Assembly: GCA_051532035.1 (NCBI GenBank)
Contig: JAOPTW010000013.1
Coordinates: 61,878 to 125,877 of the forward strand
Source of the DNA: Fibrobacterales bacterium
Lineage (GTDB): Bacteria; Fibrobacterota; Fibrobacteria; Fibrobacterales; JAOPTW01
Direction of reading: 5' to 3'
DNA length: 64,000 nucleotides
In this document: piece by piece, positions 46,827-56,295 of the stretch
Position numbering within the stretch: the stretch's first letter is position 1
Layout of the letters: every line of letters starts with the position of its first letter
Notes under the pieces: generated by a model
Seen by the model: only the letters and a program-made list of their open reading frames with translations
The model's database searches: none
What the model was told of the DNA's origin: nothing
Made by a program: the position numbers and the translations under genes

Positions 46827-48731
46827 CTATTTACCCCATTGAACAACAACAGGCATAGAACGGTTGTTATTATAATCAGACAGTTTTGCTCCCAAAAGAG
46901 AATAGACTGCGATTGCCGATATGGGTATGGGTTTATTGGGTGGTACAATTGTATATCGAAAGCTTTTGTTATCAATGGACATACGGACAGGAGATATTGT
47001 TGAATCGGAGGATGACGCCATTGTTTCGGCACTACTGTGTGCACCGCTCACAACCAAATGAATTGTTGTACTCTCTGTTATAGTATCAGTAGATATTATA
47101 GAATTCATAAGTTGAAAGAGTTGTACCGATCCGTGAAGGTCGATGCTATCATTTAATGAAATAGTACGAGTAGATCCAGTCAAAGCATAATCCCACTCAA
47201 CCTGAATAGCAGTATTGGAGCCTGCAAATTTTTCTGGAAACTTATATGGCACATTCGCAACTTCACTCTTGTCAATAAGAGTTTTTGCCCAGAGTGCTAC
47301 AACAACTGTTCCGCTTTTATTAAATGCAGCTCCATCAATATGCTCATTGAGCTTTAAAGAGTAGGTAAGGTTAGGGTCGTACTGAAGGCCATTAAGGAAT
47401 AGTGATACTGTTCTGAGGGCAACCGCAGCATTCGTTTCGATTTGACTACCATAAGGCACTCCTTTGAGATTGGTATAAAAACCCATCACACTATAAGGGT
47501 CTGTTACGGTGTCTGCTTGTTTCGCGTCAAAGAGTGCATAGGTGTGTACTTGATCAAGACCCATAGTTTGTGCTTTGATATAGAGTTTACTCAAAAAATT
47601 ATACTGTGCGCTATCTGAACCTATAAGGTCATTGGTTGGAGCTCGTGGAATATTAGTTTCGGTTATAATCAAACGTTTTTCTGGATAAGTTACCCCATCA
47701 TACCCATACTTCTTGAGTTGATTTCTGAACGAATGAGTTGTCTCTTCTATGACGCTTATAGCTGCGTCAGAATGACGAAAATAGTCGCGAGCCCCATTTT
47801 CCCAACGGGAGAGATTGTACATTGGGTATTTATGAAAGCTGACGCAATCAAACCAGTCTCCCCCAAGGCTACTATATTGTTCAGTAACAGATCCATCAAT
47901 CGGGTTTTCGCTATTGCGCAATAAAGCATCCATAAAGTTTACATAACCAATTCCTCCAAGACAAACATAATCTGTTTCCTCTTCAGACTTTATTACTTCA
48001 TACGCAATATGGAGGGCCCTGTTGTAATAGGAGATTGGAGCGAGAACATTGGGAAGGTCGCAAGGGTCCGGATTGCTATTATACCAGTTGTGATCATCCG
48101 TGATACTCCCCCAACCTGCATCAGAATTGGTGTAATCAGGCTCATTAATGATTTCCCAATATTTTATAAATGATCCATAGGTTTTAGCAACATCGTAGAT
48201 ATAACGGGCAAAATAATTCGTGTCATTTACTGGGGTACCGTTTTGGCCATTATCCCATATGGGGGTATACATATTCTTCCACATCTTGGACTGAGATTCT
48301 ACACAGTGAAAGGCATCTTCTCTGTACTCTTCGGCGACGCCCCCTATAAAGAGGGTAAATTGATCTAACCCAAGAGAGTAGTAGTATTCATAATCTTTTT
48401 TATTTATCGAAACGCCCCATTTTTCAGCAAAATGATGTGGGAGTGAACCTCTTAGGCTATTAGCCCCTGTCCCAGGTATTCCGGTGATTCTGTTGCCTGC
48501 AATGAGGTCTGCCCGCTGTTGATCAGACCAACCTTCTACCCAGCCTGGATTAGTGCCCCAGCGGAATATGTCAGTTGTTGGGGGGACGGTGTCAGAAGCA
48601 TTTAATGTATAAGGAGGGTCAAAGGCAAATAGAGTGGTGTTTAACATAACGAAAATCATAGTAACGTACTTACAAATATTCTCTAGGGTGAACATTAAAA
48701 TCATATTTTTCATTGTATCGTTCTTAGACAT
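46827..48731 (-). CDS. Secreted clan GH-A (TIM-barrel) glycoside hydrolase with C-terminal sorting-like domain
   Basis: YWEIINEPD is an NEP acid/base motif. RLIITETNIP carries the candidate nucleophile. The tail is AVYSLLGAKLSDYNNN. The start within the first ~25 codons is uncertain. Confidence 0.6.
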   Translation of the reverse strand: MSKNDTMKNMILMFTLENICKYVTMIFVMLNTTLFAFDPPYTLNASDTVPPTTDIFRWGTNPGWVEGWSDQQRADLIAGNRITGIPGTGANSLRGSLPHHFAEKWGVSINKKDYEYYYSLGLDQFTLFIGGVAEEYREDAFHCVESQSKMWKNMYTPIWDNGQNGTPVNDTNYFARYIYDVAKTYGSFIKYWEIINEPDYTNSDAGWGSITDDHNWYNSNPDPCDLPNVLAPISYYNRALHIAYEVIKSEEETDYVCLGGIGYVNFMDALLRNSENPIDGSVTEQYSSLGGDWFDCVSFHKYPMYNLSRWENGARDYFRHSDAAISVIEETTHSFRNQLKKYGYDGVTYPEKRLIITETNIPRAPTNDLIGSDSAQYNFLSKLYIKAQTMGLDQVHTYALFDAKQADTVTDPYSVMGFYTNLKGVPYGSQIETNAAVALRTVSLFLNGLQYDPNLTYSLKLNEHIDGAAFNKSGTVVVALWAKTLIDKSEVANVPYKFPEKFAGSNTAIQVEWDYALTGSTRTISLNDSIDLHGSVQLFQLMNSIISTDTITESTTIHLVVSGAHSSAETMASSSDSTISPVRMSIDNKSFRYTIVPPNKPIPISAIAVYSLLGAKLSDYNNNRSMPVVVQWGK

Positions 48732-49214
48732 TCATGGTCATATTTAAGTTTCTGTATATGTGATTATTAATTAAATCTAGTAGATTTCTCTCACATATGA
48801 ACTACCGGTACGGCATCAGTATTGATCCTTGGACATAAGTGTTTAAAAAGGTGTTTATAAATTATCAGTGATCGAATACAGTATATGAATACTTCCACAT
48901 TATAATTCGATACTCCAAAATGAGAGCACTTTTGTTACTCTGCGGGCGCATTACTCAATACCCAGCTCGTAACATTTTATATTAAGAGTATCTATTATGG
49001 AAAAACTATGTGGACAACAAAACTCCCTTGTTTTTGGATTTATCCCTCTTACAACCCAAAATAATCAGTAAAATTCTTAGATTTAACCACATAATCTTAC
49101 ATCTATGTCATATTTTGGATATCAACTAGCCAAACGACATGTATGTATTCAATTGTACTGTTCTGATTTTAGTTATATCATCTGAGCGGTGACGTATTTA
49201 TAAAGGATCATTTA

Positions 49215-50381
49215 ATGCAATCATCAAAGTACCTTGTAACAGCTGTTATTTTTGTCTTGGCAATGGCTGGTATCTCATTTGGCTCAGAAACAGGTGTAAG
49301 TAATGAACTGGCCTCAATAGTTGAAGTTCAAAAATACTCTCGTGCAATTCATATAATGGCCATGCTTTTGGTAGGTTTTGGCTTTCTTATGGTATTTGTT
49401 AAGAAGTACGGACGTACCGCTATTACAGCGACCTACATGCTCGTAAGTGTTGCGATTCCTTTTTACTTTTTGAAAGACAATTTAGGACTTCTTGGTGAAC
49501 CCACCTCTCATATTGATGGATTGATTTTAGCAGAATTTGCAGCAGCAAGTCTCCTAATCTGTGCAGGAGCAGTATTGGGTAGAGTAAAAATTTATCAGTA
49601 CCTTATACTTGGCCTTTTATTTGTTCCTTGTTATGCATTTAACGAATGGCTGCTTGTGTCGGGTGGACTTGGACTTATACCAGTTGGTAGCTTCGTAGAT
49701 ACCGGTGGATCAATAGTCATTCACGCATTTGGTGCCATATTTGGTCTTGGTGTTGCGTATTCAATGACAACAAATAAAGAGTACGAAACACCTATTGAGT
49801 CTGATGATACGAGTGATCGGTTTTCTCTTCTGGGCAGTATGATACTATGGGTGTTCTGGCCATCTTTTTGTGCGGCTCTCGTAGCTCCTAAAGATGTTCC
49901 CAATACCGTTGTTAATGTAATACTCGCTCTGTGCGGCTCTACCCTTGCAACTTATTTTGCATCGCTCAAACTCAGAGGAAAGGTATCGGTTGCCGACATA
50001 GCAAATGCAGCTCTTGCTGGTGGTGTGGCAATCGGATCAACCTGTGATAAAGTACCACCTGTCTATGCCTTTGCAATTGGTCTTATGGCTGGCGTAATTT
50101 CGACTGTTGGTTTTGCTATTATTCAGTCAAAAAACCAGGCGTTGGTTAAGAAAGTAGATACCTGTGGTGTGTTGCACTTACACGGGCTCCCAGGCCTTTT
50201 TGGTGGGCTCATCGCAATTGCCGTAGTTGACGGCATTGATGGCGGTATCCAAATAACAGGGATTGTAATTACGGGAGTTATCGCTTCTGCGACTGGTCTT
50301 ATCGTAGGTAAAGTGTTATCTGTTACTGGCAGAAGATCTGAGCCTTATACTGATGATGAAGAGCTAGAAACTGAAGATTAG
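49215..50381 (+). CDS. Rh-type (Rh50-like) ammonium/CO2 channel, Amt/MEP/Rh superfamily
   Basis: FVDTGGSIVIHAFGAIFGLGVAY fits the Rh signature DxGGSxxIHxFGAxFGL. VFWPSF and LHLHGLPGLFGG (second pore His) are also present. Confidence 0.75.
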   Translation: MQSSKYLVTAVIFVLAMAGISFGSETGVSNELASIVEVQKYSRAIHIMAMLLVGFGFLMVFVKKYGRTAITATYMLVSVAIPFYFLKDNLGLLGEPTSHIDGLILAEFAAASLLICAGAVLGRVKIYQYLILGLLFVPCYAFNEWLLVSGGLGLIPVGSFVDTGGSIVIHAFGAIFGLGVAYSMTTNKEYETPIESDDTSDRFSLLGSMILWVFWPSFCAALVAPKDVPNTVVNVILALCGSTLATYFASLKLRGKVSVADIANAALAGGVAIGSTCDKVPPVYAFAIGLMAGVISTVGFAIIQSKNQALVKKVDTCGVLHLHGLPGLFGGLIAIAVVDGIDGGIQITGIVITGVIASATGLIVGKVLSVTGRRSEPYTDDEELETED

Positions 50382-50416
50382 TCGAAGCTCGGAGTATTGA
50401 GACGTTTAAAATATAT

Positions 50417-50451
50417 AGGCACCTGAGCATACTGCTGAGGTGCCTTTTTTG
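50417..50451 (+). terminator. Rho-independent terminator of the Rh gene
   Basis: AGGCACCTGAGC-loop-GCTGAGGTGCCT is followed by TTTTTTG. Confidence 0.75.
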
Positions 50452-50548
50452 TTGCTCTATTAATAAGCTTGAGAGATACTGTAGTTGTAATTACTTATCT
50501 CTATAAATGAAGCGTACAGAGTGCCCTGAAGCGTGTAGATACTTAAAA

Positions 50549-51703
50549 TCAATTCCAAAGCATCAACAGACTAAAATACATACGCGTTGCAAACTGCGAG
50601 CCATTGTACGGTTTCATGCCCTCATTGTATTCTAATGATATACCGGCTTTAAATCCTGTATTGAAAAATGAAAGCACTCCATCATAAGGGACTATTTTGA
50701 TAATCTCTACCATTCCGGTATACCCACCTAAGTAATCATTGCAATCGGGATCTTTCTCATTCTCTTCATCTTCAAGGCATGGTTCGGCCATGTGGAAACC
50801 GGCTATTACATTGAGTAGCGCACTCGGAAGTATCTCGAATGAATAGCCTGTAAGGAAGTTAAACCCAGAAAAAGTCATGAGGTCACCATTGAAAGCGAGC
50901 ATACCGGGGAGTGATTCAGAGCCATCAAGGCGCTCTTCTAGAGAAAGGTACTCTAGTTGCAGTATGATATTGTCAAAATGTAACGCAAAACCAATAGCAT
51001 TGAAAAAATCTGAACCAACTAGTTTTCCTGAAAGATCACTATAATATCCACCGCCCGCTGAAAGAATTATTCGAGAATCATCCCACAAGTATGAGTGCGA
51101 GTGGAGTCTCTCTTGCCACGATTCTTTGGTAGCAACCTGTGAGTACTTGTTCTCTACAAAATATCTCCATGGGCTATTTGGATAGGTGTGTAGAAAATCG
51201 TATAGACGAACAGGGTCATTGTCAGGAGAAATCATTGCACCATCACTATACAGTATAGATACTAAATCTTTATGTTCCTGAGATTGTGCATTGGCAAGGA
51301 GAAGCCTTCTGAGTTGGTACGTGAGGTGTTGACTCAGCTCTCTATGCTTTGTATAGTCGCTAAATAACGGACTATCAGGCTCAGCAGAAACATTAAAGAA
51401 TAGATCAATACTATCGATGTAAGTGGCATAGGTTCGACCTACATCATCAAGCCAGCCTTCGTATTGAAACAGGGAGTCGTAATAAGTAATTGACTGCTGT
51501 AATGAGTCAGTAGACTGGTTTTTACACAAGGTAATAAGGTGTGATCGGGCCTGCTGATACTGAAGTTGTTGATTTAATGCGACAGAATCACCCTTATTTG
51601 AAAGGCCACCCCCATGAACAAGTGTAAGCTCAGTTGAATATATTTGAACTATTCCAACAGCAAGTAGTAAAATGATTAAGCGTTGTCTGAGTGTGTTAAT
51701 CAA
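50549..51703 (-). CDS. Secreted hypothetical protein, translationally coupled to the upstream gene
   Basis: The TTG start overlaps the upstream TGA (TTGA). The N-terminal signal peptide is LIILLLAVGIVQIYS and the C-terminal half is beta-rich. Confidence 0.55.
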   Translation of the reverse strand: MINTLRQRLIILLLAVGIVQIYSTELTLVHGGGLSNKGDSVALNQQLQYQQARSHLITLCKNQSTDSLQQSITYYDSLFQYEGWLDDVGRTYATYIDSIDLFFNVSAEPDSPLFSDYTKHRELSQHLTYQLRRLLLANAQSQEHKDLVSILYSDGAMISPDNDPVRLYDFLHTYPNSPWRYFVENKYSQVATKESWQERLHSHSYLWDDSRIILSAGGGYYSDLSGKLVGSDFFNAIGFALHFDNIILQLEYLSLEERLDGSESLPGMLAFNGDLMTFSGFNFLTGYSFEILPSALLNVIAGFHMAEPCLEDEENEKDPDCNDYLGGYTGMVEIIKIVPYDGVLSFFNTGFKAGISLEYNEGMKPYNGSQFATRMYFSLLMLWN

Positions 51704-52491
51704 CGGTAGCCTCCAAATAAAAACAGAAATTGAATATCCATGTACAATGAATGTTGTGGTTTGTTAAAATACTTAACATCAGGAACATACTCGTAACTCA
51801 ACGTTCCCTTAAAGCCCCAAAAGGAGTAATCACTTGAGGGAATGTTCCATATTTTGCGTATAGACGCCTCTGCAGTAGTACCATAGAGGAAAGGGTGAAA
51901 TGAAAATGAGTGTTCTGGCGGAGAACTCTCTTTATCATAGTTTAGAGTTTCAAAATTTGGCTGAATTTGCTGAAAACCTACTCCCACTGTCGCATATGAA
52001 TGAAGAGATGGTTCCCACTGGTAGCCTAATAAAAATGAGAGTATTCCCAATGTAAGCTTTCCATTTTCGGGAGCTTTATATTTATTAACGGTAGTTCCCT
52101 CATCAATTGAATAGACTCTCAGTTTGCCAGAAAACTGTACGAAAATCCAATCTCTATATACTTCCATAGAAAAGGCTGGATAAAAGATTAAGTCTGGGCT
52201 TACAAAACCGGCCCCTGCACCAAATTGAAAGCCGTGCCTACTCCATAGAGTACTGCTCTTTTTGTTTGGCTTCGATTGAACTTTGGGTACTGGAGGCGTG
52301 ACTGCTTTGGGGCTGTGGTGAGATTTATCATGGAGGTAAAAGAGCAGTGAATCACACCATGTCATTACATCAGGGTTTTTAATGACGTGTATGGAGGGTG
52401 GTGATACCGTCATGGTGTTCTGAAACTCTTGAGCATTAAAGAGCTCACCAATTATTTTTCTTTCATAATTACTCAACCAAATCTCTGTCAT
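51700..52491 (-). CDS. Putative outer-membrane beta-barrel protein. It probably extends upstream to ~52770 (see findings).
   Basis: Aromatic and Gly-rich residues alternate in a beta pattern. The in-frame upstream extension encodes a signal-peptide-like segment. Confidence 0.55.
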   Translation of the reverse strand: MTEIWLSNYERKIIGELFNAQEFQNTMTVSPPSIHVIKNPDVMTWCDSLLFYLHDKSHHSPKAVTPPVPKVQSKPNKKSSTLWSRHGFQFGAGAGFVSPDLIFYPAFSMEVYRDWIFVQFSGKLRVYSIDEGTTVNKYKAPENGKLTLGILSFLLGYQWEPSLHSYATVGVGFQQIQPNFETLNYDKESSPPEHSFSFHPFLYGTTAEASIRKIWNIPSSDYSFWGFKGTLSYEYVPDVKYFNKPQHSLYMDIQFLFLFGGYR

Positions 52492-52994
52492 TAGAATGGA
52501 ATCAGTTCGGTGAATAAAAGAACGCTGAGTGCTTGTGTCAACTTTTAGTGCACTGAGTAACGTATCTCTGTATGTTTGGTAGTGTTTAAATCGGATGAAT
52601 GAGGCACTATCAAGTAGTGTTGTCTGTTCTATACATTGTATATTATGTGATGGAGCAGTTTCATGAGAATGTGAACTGTATGGATAGACAATGGGACATG
52701 CTATTGAATCTGTAAATGATACAACAACAAGTATGAAGATGATAATAAAGGTTTTGTACTTTTTAGTCAGGAGTAGCCTCTCATTGACTTTTGATGTGGT
52801 TATAACAATAGAAATATTGTCAAAAATCTAAAGACTCATTACCTGCATCTTGTTCTTGACCATTTAAATAGTTGGACCAGTTTGTTGCTCCCAAAGGAGA
52901 GTAAATTGGTAGAAGAAGTCATAAATAATATGGACGACTGGTATATTTTGTAAAATAACAGTATGCTATGTATATTCAAATACAAGTAATCATC

Positions 52995-54299
52995 ATGAGT
53001 ATACGCCTTAAATTATCACTCTATATAACGTTTTTGTTTGTTATGACAATAGGCAATGCGCTCTTTTTTTTCGCCCTCGATAAAAATAGTGAGGAGAAAT
53101 TACGCTGGGTTAATCATACTCACGAAGTCCTCATTAAAGTTGAAAGTTATTTGGGATTCATGAAGGATACTGAAACGGGTCAGAGAGGCTATCTCTTAAC
53201 AAAAAACATCTCATACTTAGACCCGTATTATAGAGGGATACTTGAAGCAAAAAAGTCATTTAAAGATTTATCTCAGTTGGTTTCTGACAACCCAACACAA
53301 ACTCAGCGCTTAAAGGCAATCAATAAGGATATGCTCTTAAAATTTGATGAGCTTAATAGAACGATAACATTAACACAAATGAGTAGGTCAGATAGTGCGT
53401 TAATAATTGTTTCTCAACATATCGGCAAACAATATATGGACAATATTCGAGCCGTTTTAAATGAATTTATTAGTAAAGAGATGCTGCTTCTTGAAAAAAG
53501 AAAAGGAGATTTTAGAGAGAATAAAGCCCAGATCACTACAATGATTCTTATAGAAATAATCGTTTTTGTTTTTCTGGCCATTATGAGTATCTCATTTCTG
53601 AGGAAAAACCTTTTTATACCATTAAGTGTTTTATTGTCAAATACACATAAAATGGAAAAAGGCCAGCAATTGGAAATTAATGACTTTGTATCAAATGATG
53701 AGATGGGTTATTTGATGTCGAGCTTTTATAAAATGAATCAAAAGGTACATACTCGCACACAGGACCTAGATTATCAGGCGCACCATGATGAATTGACCGG
53801 ACTGAACAATAGGTCAAAAATATATGAGTTTCTAAAGAGTACAATTGATCTCACAATCAAATTAGATTCAAAATGTGCAGTGCTCTTTATGGATTTAAAC
53901 AAGTTCAAAGAACTGAATGATAGTCTCGGTCATGATGTGGGTGATACCGTCCTTAAAGAAAGCTCTGATAAGCTTAGGTCATGCATACGGACCAATGATA
54001 AGCTCTTTCGTATAGGGGGAGATGAGTTTGTGATATTAATCAAAGGGCTAACAAGTCCTCAGGATGTTGAAGTCGTCATCAAAAAAATAAATAACATCTT
54101 TCAATTACCCATTACCATAAATGGTGAAGAGATGAAAATATCAATCAGTATTGGTGTAGCTATTGCCCCAGACCATAGCCAAGACCCAGAAAAGATTTTG
54201 AAAATGGCGGATGTTGCTATGTATCAATCTAAAAAGTATAAAGAGCGCAGCTATACCATGTTTGAAAAAAGTATGTTACAGAGATCCACTGATTTATAA
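52995..54299 (+). CDS. Diguanylate cyclase with CHASE3 sensor domain
   Basis: The CHASE3-like segment is HTHEVLIKVESYLGFMKDTETGQRGYLLT. A TM and linker follow. The GGDEF domain has HHDELTGLNNR and RIGGDEF. Confidence 0.85.
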   Translation: MSIRLKLSLYITFLFVMTIGNALFFFALDKNSEEKLRWVNHTHEVLIKVESYLGFMKDTETGQRGYLLTKNISYLDPYYRGILEAKKSFKDLSQLVSDNPTQTQRLKAINKDMLLKFDELNRTITLTQMSRSDSALIIVSQHIGKQYMDNIRAVLNEFISKEMLLLEKRKGDFRENKAQITTMILIEIIVFVFLAIMSISFLRKNLFIPLSVLLSNTHKMEKGQQLEINDFVSNDEMGYLMSSFYKMNQKVHTRTQDLDYQAHHDELTGLNNRSKIYEFLKSTIDLTIKLDSKCAVLFMDLNKFKELNDSLGHDVGDTVLKESSDKLRSCIRTNDKLFRIGGDEFVILIKGLTSPQDVEVVIKKINNIFQLPITINGEEMKISISIGVAIAPDHSQDPEKILKMADVAMYQSKKYKERSYTMFEKSMLQRSTDL

Positions 54300-54379
54300 A
54301 AACAAAACCTGTATTCATCAGTGGTTGTAAGGGAGGATAGAAACCTCCCTAGGATATACCAAACGGATACAACGGAACT

Positions 54380-55030
54380 CTAAAATTTAACTTTATTCTT
54401 AGCTAAATAATCACGTGTTCTTTTAATCAAATTATCACAGGCACCAAGTAATGCTGTTTCAAACATAAAAAAGGAGACACTGCTGGTGCCCATTACTGTA
54501 AAATCTGCAACAGGTTTGATATCATTCATAGGAATCACCTGAAATCGAGCAGTAATAAGGGCGCTTTCTGAAGATGATGTTGACGTCATTCCCATACCAT
54601 TTGAGTGGGTACTAGAAGTGACTTCATTCCCTACAATTAATTTATCAATCAATAAAATGTTTGTATATCCCTCTGATGTGATTTGATCTTTACGCTCTTT
54701 CAGATAGTCATTAATGTACTGATGACTTTTTTGAAATTCGGAATAAAATGACGAATTGAATCCTTCAATTGAATATTTCGATTTTAAATGTCTTTCTACA
54801 AGCATCTTTAGATGATCATGAAATTCATAATCAGATTTAAACTTATCATTATAAGTTTTTTGAAACTCAGTGAGCAACACATTACCATTAATAAGTAACA
54901 GCGTCTTTCCTGATTGCATTTCAGACTCCCCCTCAATACCATGACCCACACGAGGAAATACCCGAGTACGGGTACAGCCCGATAACACAACGAGAATTAA
55001 AATAAGTGCAACAATGCCTTTCTGTTTCAT
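54380..55030 (-). CDS. Lipoprotein, function unknown
   Basis: The ATG at 55030 follows GAGAGG and gives MKQKGIVALILILVVLSGC (lipobox). Confidence 0.55.
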   Translation of the reverse strand: MKQKGIVALILILVVLSGCTRTRVFPRVGHGIEGESEMQSGKTLLLINGNVLLTEFQKTYNDKFKSDYEFHDHLKMLVERHLKSKYSIEGFNSSFYSEFQKSHQYINDYLKERKDQITSEGYTNILLIDKLIVGNEVTSSTHSNGMGMTSTSSSESALITARFQVIPMNDIKPVADFTVMGTSSVSFFMFETALLGACDNLIKRTRDYLAKNKVKF

Positions 55031-55234
55031 AACGACCTCTCTCAAGATTTAAATATTAAAGACAAAAATAGTTATCGAGAGATAAAATGGAACCGAGTCT
55101 TAATAGTTTGAATGATAAAACACTATAATGGGTCCTATTAGCTCAATACCGTTTACCAAAAGGCTTGTCGCTTACTTGATGTAAGCACACATAGGGTCGT
55201 CGTTTTAATATTATCTGAGGTCTATGATCTTTTA

Positions 55235-56230
55235 TTAATAAAAATAGCCGTACTTACCAGAGTCAAGCCTCTTAAATCGGTACCATCGGTCAAAGCTATA
55301 TTCACCGCCTGCCACCGCTCCAAAATTCCAGCTATCAGATAAAGAGATTAATTGAGCGACAAAGAGCGGGTTTTCACTTTCATCAATAATAGGGAGTGCA
55401 ATGTTAACAGAACCATCAGCATTAATAACATAGCGAATGAGTATATGAGCACCTTCAAGCTTGTATCTTTTATGTAATAAGGGCACTGACCCACCAGGTC
55501 CACTGCTATAGAGCTTTACATAATGGATGTATCGTCGTTTCCATTGAGACCCATAGCTATCAATAATTGAGTCAACGGTATTGTAGTCCCGAGAATCACC
55601 AAAACGCTTATACAATGAATCAATATAGGTTTCGGTAATGCCATTTTCTGTATCGGCAAAAAATACCGGTTCAATAGTCCCACTGTCTTTCTCAATAATG
55701 AATCTATTCCCCTGTACATCGGTATACATTTCTTCTATCACTGTCCCTTTAGTAGTCACGCTCAGAAGTTTACTGCCATCAGCATAGCGGATTTCTTGTT
55801 TCTCGTTTCTTTCCTGATGTGCATATTCGGAATAGATCGTGTCTCCATCCATTATGTATTTTAAAGTATCATGGCCCAGTATGGAATCACTTTTTTGATA
55901 GAGAATTGTTGACCATCCATCCCTATCAAAATAGTGTTCAGTTCCTCTTTGAATCTGCCCATTACTATAGGTTAGAATGCTCTTAATTTTTCCATTTCGG
56001 TAATACTCTTTATACGCTCCGTCAATATGCCCATTTTGAAAAGGGATCTCATAGAGGGGCGTGCCCGCGGTGTCATACACTGTATATTGGTAGTCTGGGA
56101 TTGTTGATCGATATTGATGAGTACAGCCTGAGAGGAGTATAACGCAACAACTCACTACTATTAATGTTGAGGCGTGCTTTAACAAATCTACACCATTCGG
56201 GTTTAACAGTAAGGGTTTAATAACGGACAC
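55235..56230 (-). CDS. MORN-variant repeat lipoprotein
   Basis: The lipobox is ILLSGC. NGHIDGAYKEYYRNGKIKSILTYSNGQ repeats are present. Confidence 0.6.
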   Translation of the reverse strand: MSVIKPLLLNPNGVDLLKHASTLIVVSCCVILLSGCTHQYRSTIPDYQYTVYDTAGTPLYEIPFQNGHIDGAYKEYYRNGKIKSILTYSNGQIQRGTEHYFDRDGWSTILYQKSDSILGHDTLKYIMDGDTIYSEYAHQERNEKQEIRYADGSKLLSVTTKGTVIEEMYTDVQGNRFIIEKDSGTIEPVFFADTENGITETYIDSLYKRFGDSRDYNTVDSIIDSYGSQWKRRYIHYVKLYSSGPGGSVPLLHKRYKLEGAHILIRYVINADGSVNIALPIIDESENPLFVAQLISLSDSWNFGAVAGGEYSFDRWYRFKRLDSGKYGYFY

Positions 56231-56295
56231 TTATTCCTACACAAATTCAAATACATTCGACAGGAGTTAAATATAATAATAACAGAGTAGGTTAT

